Shown in pieces: positions 51,252 through 64,000 of a DNA stretch of 64,000 nucleotides. Location: assembly GCA_000182565.2 (NCBI GenBank), contig KQ257452.1. One strand, given 5' to 3'. This DNA comes from Spizellomyces punctatus DAOM BR117 (Eukaryota). A program made the position numbers and the translations under genes. Numbering within the stretch: the first letter of the stretch is position 1; the number at the start of each line of letters is the position of its first letter. The notes under the pieces are model-generated. The model made no database searches. It was not told the DNA's origin and saw only the letters and a program-made list of their open reading frames with translations.

Positions 51252-51427
51252 TGACATTTGGAACAGTTTTACAGCAATTCTCTGTGCAAGAGAAGCCTAT
51301 TTTCTTGCTCGACTCCATCGACAATGGTGCTGGGCCGGTATTTTGCCACAGCCATTGGCCATGGAGTCGAGCAAAGAAATAGGCTTCTCCTTCGTAGAGC
51401 ATTGCCGTAAAGCTGGTCCAGAAATCA
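51252..51427. repeat. Long imperfect inverted repeat (hairpin/MITE-like)
   Basis: Core GAGAAGCCTATTTTCTTGCTCGACTCCAT (51290-51318) matches the reverse complement of 51361-51389 at 27/29; weaker pairing extends outward to about 51252/51427 and inward. Confidence 0.85.
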
Positions 51428-54222
51428 CACTTTTCTGGCGTCTGATGAGATGATATTGCAGTTCCGACTGAGATATATGGGCGGAGCTACTGGCTGGAGA
51501 GCTAGCAAACGAGAATCCGGTTATTTCGCTACGAGACGTGACGTATGAGCGAAGAGCGGGGAACAAGCATCCGTCGTGGCATGATGCGATGTGCACGTCG
51601 ACCCAGCCTCTGACAATGGGGCAGCGGGAGCGGGAGGTGCTGCCGAGGTTTCTTACCTAATGTTTCGGCATCTGATCAATCTATTTTATTCGGTGATGCA
51701 AATGATCTCCGCAATCCATCTCCCTACCCTCCATGATAGAATGATCAGATTGCACAGCTCCAAGAAAGATCGGCAGCACCACCAGTTCCCGCGGCCGCAT
51801 TGTCTAAAGCTTGGTTGAATGTCACCTCGCAAGGCCCTTCTGCTGGGGAAGGCATCGCGATGGACACTGTGGATCAAACGTCTTAAACGGAAACAATTGA
51901 TGCAGATTATCATCTGGTTGAAGATCAGCATACCATGGAACTGAAGGTAAGTAAGTCGCTTCAACCGACGTGGTTCGAAGGGATTTATTTATTTATGCAC
52001 GGCATTGTTTTCCTGCAATGATGAGCAAAATGTGAACGTGTCGAGCAAAAAGCCGTTCACATAGGCCACCCTGGAGGTGCACAAGCTGACGGGTCGAGGT
52101 CCTCTTGACCTATTTGCCAAGCTCGTAGGCTCATGTGAATCCATGGTCTGGGGGGAGAGAGTGTTTGGCATGTCCACCCGCACCCCGTCCGTTCCGGGTT
52201 AGAGCGATTGGTAAGGGCCATCTTCGTCCATTTTACCTAACTTTTACCTCAACCCGATTCTTTGGACTATTAGTTGAGCTGCAACTATCATCAGTTGAGA
52301 GCAGAACGAGTTTCTGCAACCCACTACTCCCTCGCAGCACCCACCACACAGAGCACACGCCCTACTTACACCGCTAGAGTCGCTTCCGCTCTCTCGACAA
52401 GTCCATCATGTCTGGTATCGATCCAACTCGCCTCGAAGCATTCGGATTTACTTGGAGGTGCGATTCATTGGTAACAGCCATATCGACGCCAACGACGCTG
52501 CCGTTTACTATGAACGTCTGCTATGAGCGAAATGACATGGTAAGAAGCATACCTTCCTTTTTAACTGCTTTCAGCTGATATATCCTTGTAAGTTTCACAT
52601 CGTGGCCATGGGTCTTTTGCTGCATCGACTCGTCTTACTGCCTCACAACTCCTGGTGCAACTTGAGGGGCCAATACACCCTACGAATGTCAGACTGGCCT
52701 CTGCCACGGCACAGGGCAAGTCCTCGTCTCCCGCAGCAGACACACATGGCAAAAAGTCATCCCGATGTTGGGATGCACGACCTTGGTCATGTAATTGGGC
52801 ATCCCGACATCGGTCAAGTAATTTGAAATCATCTGCGGTCATCACAGTGGAAGCCCCTTAAGACGAGCATTCGTACAATCCGTACTACTTCAAGTAGGAC
52901 GCCAAGCACATCGAGGTCGATTATGAGACGTTCTGCGCGTCTGTTCACTGCGCCGTCCATGCGGAGGAACTAAGAAGAGATTAAGCAACAAGAAAGGGAA
53001 CAAAAAATCAAGAAGGACTCACATGGACCGTCTGTACGGCCGTATGAAGCTTCTTCTGGCTCTTATCGCTCCTTAACTCCAATCGGTACTCGACAAACTT
53101 CTTCCGCACAGCCTGGTCACAGTTCGAGCACTGTATTTGACGAGGGAATCAAGGCCGAGTCCCACGATCTCTTTGACTCATTCTGTAGTATGCCAGTTTT
53201 TTCCGAGTGCCCAGCGTGGGTAAGGAGCTAGTTTGCGAGAAGCACTAGGAAGAGGTTGTGCCAGGCCGCCCCGTGCAGCATCACCGCCCGCTGCAGCACT
53301 TAGTACCATGATGCAGCTAGAACAGGTCCACTACAAACTTTCACCGTGTCTTTCCAACGTCCATCATGAGCATAGTAGTCGGTGCTGCCGGAGGCCGAAT
53401 AGGAGAGCAAATCACCCGCCCGGAGGAAGCTCACCTTTGGTAACTGGCCTGTACCACCCCAACAACCTTTTCGTACGAAAGGAGATCGGAACACATGGTC
53501 GATATGTCTGAAAATGAAGGGTGATGTACAGTCTGTGACCTCCCCACTTCTTTCGGTCGAAGTTCGCTTCCGTGGACGACGAAACGTGCTTATAGGCAGC
53601 AATACCAGCTCCCAAATCACAATGCCAACGACCAGGGATTATAACAATTGACTCGGCGTTAGCTTGTTATCCCCACTATGACCACGACACTTCACAGTTC
53701 ATGACGCTTGCCGCCGACATTTCAAGAGCAAGTCCTGGGCTCGGAAATTACCCGGGCGTTCAGCCCGTAGAGAACTTTCGTCAATAAATTACGGTGACCC
53801 CCTTCTTGATTAAGAAGGTAGGCGGCCATGTGGCAGGTACGAAACAGGCAGACAACCTCCAGACGCCCACGGTCCTTCCCTTGGGCACTGACGATTTGCA
53901 CATCTCGCAGAGGTAACAATGTTCTTGAGATCTGATGCTACGTACGTCAGGAAACTCGAGTAATGAGTACCTCGATCCGAAGACCTCGAAAACACCCTTT
54001 GATGTTCCCAGACGAGCGCGGTAATCCATTGCGGGATGAGACCTGGGTACGCTGCGTGCCAGGGAACGGAATCAGTATGGTATCCTCCTCTGTTTAGGCA
54101 ACAAAAGGCAGCAGCAACAACCACCGGACAATAATTTGACACATGGGGCCTGTCCTGCCACTATTTCCTCCGCTGCCCCAGCAGCAAGCGACATAGCAGG
54201 CATCCGCAATATGCTTTATGAT

Positions 54223-54270
54223 CACGATTTCCCAAGGAGTCTTCAACACGATTTCCGAAGGAGTCTTCAA
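54223..54270. repeat. 24-bp tandem duplication
   Basis: CACGATTTCCCAAGGAGTCTTCAA followed by CACGATTTCCGAAGGAGTCTTCAA (1 mismatch). Confidence 0.9.
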
Positions 54271-56800
54271 TATGAAGCAGAACCACCAATTTACACATAA
54301 GCGCGGCCTTCGGAAGAAGTTTCTGATCCACGCGGCAGATTCGAAACCGAATGAGAACGTTATGGTTGATGTACGGCAATCCTGGAGGTGGACGTTGTCT
54401 TGCATCATGCCAAAACCCGACATGCGCATAAATGGCCTACTCGCCCAAAGATCCATAGGACCCCAGTCGGATCATCTTCCGCACCCGTGCCTCTGGCCGA
54501 TCGGTGCGGTGATACATCCCGCACAAGGTCGGACCTGGCTATTGGTCGGGTCCGAAACCCCCTTATCCGACAAGGGATTGACATACCAATAAGCTACAGC
54601 TGAAGGGTGTGGCATTCTATCGCTGAACCGATCGGCCGTTGCGTGTTAGGTTCCGAAGCCCACCTCCGGACTCCAGCATCGTCCTCTACTGCGTTGGCAG
54701 CGAGCCCGAAAGCTTGAACGATATTCATCTAGAACCCTCTAGCCCCCATTGAAATATGAACTTCTGCCCTCACCTGCTCCTCCGCCTCACTGCAGCCTGC
54801 CAAATGACAAAACTACTCTTCGTTGCGGATGTACGTTTCCATCGCAACATAAGGACAATGGATCATCAAATTGCATTAGAAACGCATATGTCGAATTTGT
54901 TAGAGGTCAGATTGACTATACATCGGCAAAGCATTGAAGAACTGGACAAGGAGGGTGCAGGGAGCGCGAAAATTGAGGATTGCGATGTGCAACCAAGTTA
55001 GCATCCTCACAGACATCCCGATTCTCATTCCCCATACTCACGGCCCAGTTCTTCATTTCTTGCCCATCTGCTCTCTTTGACACTCGAGGAATATTAATCT
55101 GGTACGGAGATACGCTTTTAACGCGACTTGAAAAGCGCTTTCTCATATATCCTATGGATTTTCAAAGCGGACAAGGCGTACACACTCTTCCAAGTCCGAT
55201 CTAGCCTACCCCGACATGCAGGATTGCACGTCGATGGAAGAAGCAGCGCTATGTCGATGCAGAACTCACGGAACTCACGATGGTGTCGGCTGTGCAGAGC
55301 TTTCGTCGTGAGCCACACAGCCAAATGTTGAACTGAGCGCAACGGTTGACGCCCTGCATGTCACCGTCTCGCTTCATTTATATAAACAGCCTGTGCGCCA
55401 GGCATTCGGATTGACCAATGCATACAACTGATTTAGGAAGATCTCTCGAGTTGAGCTGTTAGTATTTGAAATGACTACACTGGTTCGTCGCTGCTGTCAC
55501 TCATTGCTGCATATGTGGTGGTATACTTGCAGCCATGCCATGGTCACTGAGGTTGCTATCAAGCTACCACGGATGCTGCCGGTCAGGTAACCTATTTTGA
55601 GTTCCCTGTCGACCGTCTGCTCACCGTCGCACGAGCAGAACACCAACAGGTTACCGCAACAACGGTGACCAGTCTGGCCGGTGTTATACGATTAGTCGTC
55701 GCCGTCGTCCTCCGCTTCTCCCTTCCCTAGCAGCCTCTTTTTCTTCCGATATACCTTCTTCCACGTCCTCACCGCAACGATATCATTTCTACACGAGCGT
55801 GATGACGGTGGTCCCAAGAGGAAGAGTTCTTCCGAAGAAGCACCCGTGAGAATCGAGAGTGGATACAAATGAAGGCGGTGGTTCGCGGAAAGTACCATGG
55901 AAGGTTCATTAGTACCTCATAAAAGAACCCATGTTTGCAAAAGTGCCCAATCCCAACAGCTGAAGCAGGCCCAAATCTGTTGCTTGTGGCATATAACGAC
56001 CGGACACGCGGGGAGCCATCACCTTCTTCAATCAGTATCCCCTCCACATTAACTACGACAAGCACGACGATATAGCGAACAACCTGGAGTCGTGTACTCG
56101 TAGAACCACCTCCTCTTGGGCAACCTTGGGATTACATCACTTTGCCCACATCGTAGCAATCATACGATTCTCATGTCGAACGCGACCCATATCGGAGACT
56201 TACGTTAAATGGTCTGACGAGGCTTTCGTCTTTCACTATCCATCTCTGACTCCTGGTGTAGGACTGTTGTTGCCGGCGAAAGACTGGGAGAGCATCAGTT
56301 CCTCAACGCCCTTGTACGCAAACAAAACGAAGTGGCACAGAGTTGTCCATAACCCGCTGTTGCAACTGTTGCCAACGAAACACCTCCCCCCACCTTCCGC
56401 GGACATGACATTAAATAAATCACTGTTCGTAGGCCATCTTCGTATCTCTTCTTGCACCCGGTGGTTTTTCGCGGAACTCATAGCGACAGTTGTACGGGCG
56501 GCTGCTCCTCGCGTGCTGATCCGCCAGCTGCTGCATCTGCCAACGACCCACCCGCAAACGACACTCCGCCCACCAACCGTCCCGCTACAAATCTTGCTCC
56601 CAGTTGCTGGGCTTTCTGCACAGGTGTCATCACCTTTCTCAAGCCCATCTCTTTAAACTTCAAAATCAATCATTGCGGTTTGGACCAGGTAGCCTATGAT
56701 GAGCTGAGGGAGTACTACGGGGATTATCGGATACAAACGGAATTGCTACGATCTGCATACCTAGTATCCCGCGAGCATGCTTTCCAGAATTTCCGCCTTG

Positions 56801-59800
56801 CATGTGCAGTTCTGTAGTGCTCGGTACTACTGCAATGGCAACGCACTGTAGGACATTCGCTCTGGGAAAATCCACAGGTTCTACCGCTGATGAACTTGGA
56901 TACCCATTCCCTAACATTATGTGACGATATGCGGCAACTACTCCGCTTATAGCCCAAATACGAGGACGAGGAAGGTTTTGGGCCCCGTGTACGCTGACAC
57001 TCGGTGGTCGGGCCGGTAGCTGCGGGGAGGACTGGAGGGAATCCAAACTCTTTCCAGGCATTTACTCTTCCTGGTTAATACGTCAATTTCGGAGAGAATA
57101 ATTGCAATGGTTGCAATGCCTTCAGTTCCATGCATAGGCAAAATGGACATGTCTTCCGTAACGTTACGTGACGAGACCCACGCGCTGGCGTTCTACATCA
57201 TGAACGTCGTTTTGGCGGAGAAGTTGGGTGATGCGGAGAGCGGGAACGGCGGCGATCTTGTGCGGGCATCTGGAGAATTCGAGCGTCGGGATTGTTTCTG
57301 AGTCAATTTGGACAGCGGGACGAGCAGGAGTGCGGCCTGGAGAATAACATGCATGGACATAGTTGGGGGAATGACTATGATTGGGCTCTGTTATGGCGCG
57401 ACCGACATGAATTCACCGCCTCCTCGAGAGAAGAGGAATTCATAACGTGATCTACAAACAGTAAATCGACGGTGTAACAAGAAAGGTCCAAACCTGACCG
57501 AGCTCATCCAGCGGTGATCAAGTACCGTCCTACAAACTGGTCCTGGTTCTCCGTACGCTCCTCCAAGGACTTCCTTATCGGCTGCTCCAAAAACTGGTAA
57601 TGCCAGTGGTTGAAAAAAGGTTGGATATCTACTTAGGTTGCGTAGAGAAACATGTCGCGTCGATGTCGCGGTTAAAAGCGCTTCTCGGAAGGAACAGCGC
57701 TGATCATGCCGGTCACGGTGTACGTCGGAGCATAACATGTTCAGTGGCAAGTAGGCGGGGAAAGAAGGGGGGCTGTGGACCTTGCTTCGCGGCAGATCCG
57801 CTCGAAGCGACAAACCGCGAATTATACGAACTGGATGGCGTAGTATTTCGCGGCGTGGTCGGGTGACGTTCAAGGTTTCGCCGAGGTCTATTCAGCAATT
57901 TGTGGGGACAGAGTTCCTGAATTGGGGCAGCGGGACGAGCAGGTGTGCGGCCTGGAGACGAACATGCATGGACAGTGTCAGCGGGATAAGATGAGAGGCC
58001 TGAATCATTTCTGCTACGGTGGAATGGGTATCCGGGTTCATCTTCGCAGAGCGTGTTGGGATCCCAGCTTCCTGAGGGGAGTGTCATCCATCGCACTGCC
58101 ATTGCACTAGTTCCGAGCACTACAGAATTGCACATGATTGGATATGCTACGGGGGCAGGACGCACAAAATGGACATGTATTTCCCAACGTAACATGATGA
58201 TATGCGGCAACTACCCCTTTTATCGCCCAAGGCGAGGGCAAGGGAAGAAGCTTCGGTGGCCGTCATCAGAAGCAAGGCACTTTGGATTCTCTTCAGCATT
58301 ACTCCTCTGCGCAGCTACCGGCCAGATGACCGAGAGTCCAATTGGGCAAACTCATTCCCGGTCATTAATTATGGCTGCATCATTTCGTATCCATGGTGTG
58401 GTACCGAAAAAAAATTGGGCCAAACCGCAGGCGTTGATCGAAGCCACTGCATCAATTTCGGAGAGAAGCATTGCAATGGCCGAAATTGATGCAGTGGTTT
58501 TGATTAGCCCTTAAGGCCCGGCACAATCTTGTTTTGGCACCACATCATGGATACAAAATGGTGCAGCAGCCATAAGCGCTGCTTACTAGTTAATGCCTGG
58601 GAAGATACCAGCCTTGCACATTGCACTTGACCAACCTTATCGTAACTTTGGACGAGGGCAGAGCATGCAGACCGCCTTTTGTGGCCAATCCCACAACGGC
58701 GCTGGCCAACCGAGCAAAATATTGGACGAACCACTCTCAAAACTGTTGTGCGGCAGCCGGCCATGGATTGTATCGTCGCGCACTCCATTCGCAAAATTAG
58801 GGGGGTCCTTCCTTCCTTAGATGATACCGACACATTGCCCTGCCTAGTTGTCCCCGCATGGCCCCCCGTCCCCGTCCCTGCGCTACCCAACATATTATCG
58901 TTGCCTCCCTCATCGGCTTTTCTCTGGATGGCCAAGGTCTACTGGGATTTTACTCATTTGCAACCTCCAAGACGATCCGGAGGATATGTCACCCCTTGAG
59001 CGGGGGCTGCACATCTGCCAGATTTTAACGCAGCACAGGGCATGACCTCCATACGATGAAAAGACTAGCCAAGAGAGGAATTTGAACCAAACACACTTCC
59101 AAGACGACGTTTAAAAAAATGGTACGCGTGGCCCCCATCCGCTCTTTTCATATCCAGATGTTACTATTTGCTACAAGCAGTAAATCGACAGCGTAGCAAA
59201 GGGGTTCCAAGCCTGACAGAGCTCATCCGGCAATTATTAAGGAACTCTTTACAAACTGGTCGAGGTCCATTATACTCTCTCCAAGAACCCCTCATTGTCG
59301 GTTGCTCCAAAACTTGACACTGGCAGTGGTTGAAAAAACGGGTTGGATAACGACTCCATTTGCTGAGAGATGCAACATCCAAACAGCCTTCTCGGGAGGA
59401 GTTTGGCCTGTCCCCAACGTGAATCGCGGCCTCTGTGGCTAGAGTGAGTCGTACCGATGCCTGCCGATGTTTTCGCTCATCATATCCTCCGTTGCAACCG
59501 GTGCTTGTTGAGGTGCCGTGGTTATCCGTTCCTTGGGGCTCGATGCGCAACATTTCAATAACCCCAATGTGGGCTTTAGACGACATCAAAGCTAATCCAT
59601 TTTGCGAGAGACTAGATGGATGGAGGCGGCATTTTGTTCGAGAAGAATCTGCGATTTGATCACAAGACGACGTTCACCCTTTTGCATTCTATGTCGTGAA
59701 TGTCAATGTCGCTCTGGAAGATGAGTTGGGAAGCGCGGGGAGGAGGACGGCGGCGACGATGTTGGGGAACCTCTATGGACGGACTTTTTGACACATCTGT

Positions 59801-61090
59801 GGGAAAGGGACAAAGCAAGCTTATGGACTGGAGAATAACATGTACGATTCAAAGCAAAAACGGGGAAAGGTACGGTGATGTGGCCCTTTCTTCGTCCAGA
59901 ATTCTCCGAGAAGCAATCTGTTGATGTCGGCAAAGGTGCAACCTGCAAAATACGCATACTAGAGCGCTATGGCCTGCGTCCTCCCAGCAATTCTCAGAGT
60001 GGTATATCCAACGCTTTGTGTTTCCGGCCAGCGCCAGAGTTGATGGCAAGATCGACCGCCCCGCCGACGTTTCAAAAGATGATATAATCCGTCGTTCGAG
60101 TGGATTTCGATTACATCGAATATCGGACTCTGTCGCGACTGGTTGATCGGCCAATAACGGGGAGAATGAGGGGCGTGCGCGTCGACGATGTGCCCACAAC
60201 CTCCACCCACAATTCTTGTCCTTCTGTTCAAGGTCTGGCTCCCTTGGTGGCCATGCAGTACGTAAATGGCGACGGTTGGTTGGTTGGTCGCATTGATCAG
60301 GTGTGGACGATGCAGCTAGAGTTTTTGTGATGAATGTCATCTTCGAGGAAACTTTGCTGTGCTGCGGGCATCTACAAAGATCGCCCAAAGGTTGGCAAAG
60401 TCATCGGCTACTGCCAAGTACGCCAGGTCGCAAAAGTCGCTGGTCTCTGTTTACATGCCACCAAATCCTTATTCTGGGCCCAATCGCTATTTTCACCTAT
60501 ACCCAAAAATGAGAAACCGAGTGAACCGGATAAGGGTTTTTCATCTTTGGTGTGGGTTCAGACCTTCGGCTATGGCCTGAAATATTGGAGATGGTGGATG
60601 GACAACCACATGGTTCATAGCGGATGTCATACTTGCGTCGTATGAAGAACTTGTGTAGGCCGCGCCGGATCGGGTGCAAAAACAAAGCCCGCAACTACCC
60701 GCCGACTCTGCGCGTACAGTGTTGTTCTCCCCTCCGCATACTTGTTCTTCTCGCTCCGATAAGACATCCACAAAATCTGTCCCCCCAATGCTCGACGCCC
60801 AAGTTCCCCAGATATCGATGCATGAACAGCCCCCCCGAACAAATAGAGCTGAGAAGGCTTGTATAAACAAAAGTTGGCACCACCAACGCCGTATCCATGA
60901 AGGCAATGGGGAACGTAGCATCTCCTCAGTTTCCCCGGGCTGCTTTGGCCGCAAATGTTCTTCGCCAAGCTACAGGATTGATCGTCTCTCTCCCCCAAGT
61001 TATCAAAGATTCTGGATTGTGGGGACCGGACTGACGCACTTTGTGGAAAGACATGAACAAGCCTGTGGCGCGGAAAACAACATGCATGAC
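56801..61090. pseudogene. Mosaic of decayed, locally duplicated segments of an unidentified gene or element family
   Basis: Related ~50-bp cores at 57308-57360, 57922-57974, ~59800-59845 and ~61043-61090; a ~180-bp direct pair 57451-57630 vs 59170-59351 (both read RYPT..F...PVC...MSSVR.G..LL..RFT.C on the minus strand); an inverted pair 56801-56840 vs 58097-58136 (37/40). No long intact ORF. Confidence 0.6.
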
Positions 61091-61619
61091 CAAAGTAAGC
61101 GGGGAAGAGTGAGGGCGATGTGGGCATTGTTTCGTGCCCGACCGCGGGTAGAACAACCTTTAGGGAGTAGCAGCCCGCAAATTGTAACTGGAGTGTAATG
61201 GAGGGGGATGGTCTATTAACGTATCAGTTTATGAAACATGCGTCAAGCATGCATTGCCCTGGATCTATACCAGCAAATTCTTTAATCTGCGGGATGTTCT
61301 TTCGGGATTTTGGTTCCCTCGACGTCCCTGCATGATATGAACGGTGAACCGACCTTCAAAATCCGCATTTTCAAAGTACTCAAATATGCATCAAAGACAA
61401 GAGCGTATCGTTTCACACCTGCTCAATACGACCACCCAACCACACGTCTTAGCCATGCTTGGAGCATGCGTTATCTAGGAGAACCTTTGGGAAAACCCTA
61501 ACCCCCAAAAATGTGCATCATTGATACACTCCCCTAGACGGAGATTCCCGGTTGCAACATCGTCGCGATTGTGAGGTTTACGTGGTGGACGTGCTCGGGT
61601 GCTCCCAATGTTTTCTCTC

Positions 61620-62030
61620 AACGGTTCTCCCAGATAATGGTGCATGCCCGAAAGCATGGACGGAAATGTCGGAACGTACGAAATCACTCCGAATACGGAA
61701 TTTACTTTGGGAACCTTCAGTGGCGACATGGAGAACTTTTAGTGGCAGCGCGTGATGTTTGACTGATTGCTTCATTCGAGAGTCTTATTGCATTAACAAC
61801 ATTGAATATTTGTAGACTTGGACGATTCTCCCAGAAAATGGACATGATCGAAAACATGGACGGAAATGTCGGACAGCTACACGAAAGTACCTCTAATGGC
61901 AGTCCGGAATACTTGCTTCATTCAAAATGCCGCCTGTTTTTGCATCAAACGACATGGGAGATTTGTAGAATTGAACGGTTTCTCCCAAAACAGTAAACAT
62001 GCTCAAAATGGACGCAAAAAAATTCGGAAA
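61620..62030. repeat. Three degenerate direct repeat units spaced ~150-200 bp apart
   Basis: TTCTCCCA...ATGGACG...TCGGA recurs near 61620, 61821 and 61973; CATGGACGGAAATGTCGGA is exact in the first two; TGCTTCATTC and ATTTGTAGA also recur. Confidence 0.7.
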
Positions 62031-62219
62031 CGTTCTTTTCTTAGATCCCGGTCCCGTATATTAGCAAAAAAAAGGTTGTAATGCAGCGTCAATCAGTGAC
62101 GGGGACTTGACCTTAAGCCAAGCACAACTTTTGCCATCCAATAAATGCTATCAGCTTTGAAGATGCTGCTCGAGCTGGCCATTGGAGTGGCAACAGGATA
62201 TATGAACGTGGTGGCCAAC

Positions 62220-62480
62220 GGTCCCTGAAGCTATCTATCTCTGACATCTTCTGTGCGAAATCAAACTTGGGAATGCCCACAAATGACCATTCAAATCTTT
62301 ACTGCGACAAACAAGGGAACCATCGCCCTCTCCGAAAATTAATCGGACCACATCCTGATGCGAAGCACATGGACGTACGGCATCATTACATCCGGGAGCT
62401 GGCATCCCGAGAAAGTTTTCCCTATTTCAGTGCATCCGTCAAAAATGGTTTGCCGATACCTCTTACACAAGTCGCTGCGA
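62220..62480 (+). mobile_element. Degenerate Ty1/copia retrotransposon RNase H remnant
   Basis: EAIYL*HLLCEI...LYCDKQG...HPDAKHMDVRHHYIREL matches the copia RNase H consensus (LYCDNQ.AI...H.RTKHIDVRYHFIRE), with a stop and frameshifts. Confidence 0.8.
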
Positions 62481-63155
62481 AAGCCCCCGCTTTTTTTGGT
62501 AGAATAAGAACCAATCAAGTACCAATTAAAAAACTAATAACCTTTGCTCCGCTTTTTTTCTTCTTGTAGAGTGTTTTTGGAAAATGTCAAAAGCACAATC
62601 TAAGCTTTTTAATTTGGATAGAATAAAATACCATTATCGTACGTTTGTTTTATAAAGAATGTGATGAACCAAATGCGTTATTGCTTCCTTTACACAAAGG
62701 CCACGACAAAAACGCAAGGTGTCTACCATCATTGGTACATACGCTAACATGGCATGTTAAATAAACCGATAATGTTAATGTATCTAAAGATGATTAGGTT
62801 TGTGTTTAACCTTCAGGAATCGCAAGCAGTGTGGTATTCTAAAATAAAGATGCGGCGAACATGGGCAGAACAGTATTACAAACAAATGATCAACCTATCA
62901 TGTAAAACATTCCACTCCGCATGCAAAAAATCTGGGTAGATTGATCAGAGTTCCATTAATCTCTAAACAATACGGTAAACCATCTTTGGCTGTAAAAGAG
63001 CAACACAATAAAAGCACATATCGAATTTCAAATCTGCACGTTTTATTAAGTGCAACGATTAAGAGTCATCAATTCTATATGAGTTTATCTACTTATGAGA
63101 TCTGTATTCTATATATTCTAATATAGCAACCACTCCCTAAATCGTAAAAGGTCAT

Positions 63156-63952
63156 CTAAAAATGAGACTCTACAATATCATTCCCTGCCCTAATAGCAAA
63201 CTCAACCGTCTCAAATCCATTCAACCCAGACGCATAAAACGTATTCAGCTTTCCTTGCAACGCATTGAATTTCTCATAATACCCTTCAGAAAGTTCCTTT
63301 GTATCATAATGCGGGAAATAATCCCATTCTTTAAAGGCTTTGATATCAGTGTCGGTGATTCCTTTAGGCGGAGTAGAAGTGTCACGAGGGTCTTTATTTA
63401 TTTTCGAAATGGTTGATTTCAAGAGGGTGTAGCCTTCATTTAGGGTTTGGTTACTCTTATATTTTCCCCAAGACCAGGTAGTAGCGATTTGAGATGCATT
63501 ATGAACGCGGATAAACGCCGTGGGTTGTCCATTCGCTTTCGGCATAAAGGGGATAAACGCACCCGGGAGGGACGGAAGAGGAACGGGGAGCTTATTAAGC
63601 CACTCATTAATGGTGTTGATAAATGTTGGACGGAGGAACCCGGCAAAGTTGTCTCCGTTGGGTGTATTGACGTTGACGGCTCCAGACCAGTACTTTGTGA
63701 CGCCAACAGGTGAGAAGGCTTCTTGTTCTTCAGGGGAGATGGCGAGGTTGGCGGCTTGGAGGGCGTGCATGACGGGAGGGAAGGCTAGGACGAGTTTAGA
63801 GCAGGTTTGAGTGGTGGGTGTTGTTTGACCTGGTAAAGTGTAAGTAATGACTGGGGTGGGACCCGTACGATCAATCTTGTTGATGGTGGTGCATAGATGG
63901 AGGGGGCCCTTGACGTGCTGTTCGGCGTACTGCTGAAACACTTTTTGAAAGT
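63156..63952 (-). CDS. Last exon of a FAD-dependent oxidoreductase (amine-oxidase/PAI-like fold); gene continues past the window end
   Basis: C-terminal motifs WDYFPH, NALQGKLNTFYASGLNGFETVE and DIVESHF; splice acceptor near 63953 on the minus strand. Confidence 0.8.
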
Positions 63953-64000
63953 CTAAGGAAAATAGAATTGATTAGCATGTGTGTATGGCACAAAAGTAAG

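Noticed and set aside
61620-62030. CRISPR-like array
   Set aside because: Eukaryotic context, degenerate repeats, irregular long spacing and no cas genes.

Overview
Intron-rich fungal DNA, probably from an early-diverging, chytrid-like fungus (inferred from gene content and short GT-AG introns, not proven). Bases 1-48.2 kb are gene-dense: an acyl-CoA catabolic trio (enoyl-CoA hydratase, acyl-CoA oxidase, carboxyltransferase beta), tRNA-Leu(CAG), a Cache/HAMP-like membrane protein, an EamA transporter, eIF3a, a flavodoxin-like quinone reductase, a Gdown1/POLR2M-like gene, a DUF4097-type protein, a Zn alcohol dehydrogenase, a CTL/PNS1 transporter, a PhoD-like protein spanning an assembly gap, a chitin deacetylase and a ~2,845-aa multidomain enzyme. 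Bases 48.2-63.1 kb are gene-poor, with decayed duplications, a long hairpin and a Ty1/copia RNase H remnant; the window ends inside a FAD oxidoreductase gene. Three things stand out. (1) One spliced gene fuses FAAL, a catalase-related heme domain, a PAI-like flavoprotein, two ACPs, a pseudo-hydrolase, a thioesterase and a class II terpene-cyclase-like gamma-beta didomain. (2) The catabolic trio all carry peroxisomal signals and resemble the bacterial Atu/Liu pathway, and the oxidase has an IVD/AtuD-type relocated catalytic Glu. (3) A fungal gene matches Gdown1, usually described as metazoan-specific. All family assignments come from manual motif recognition and recalled reference sequences; no searches were run.
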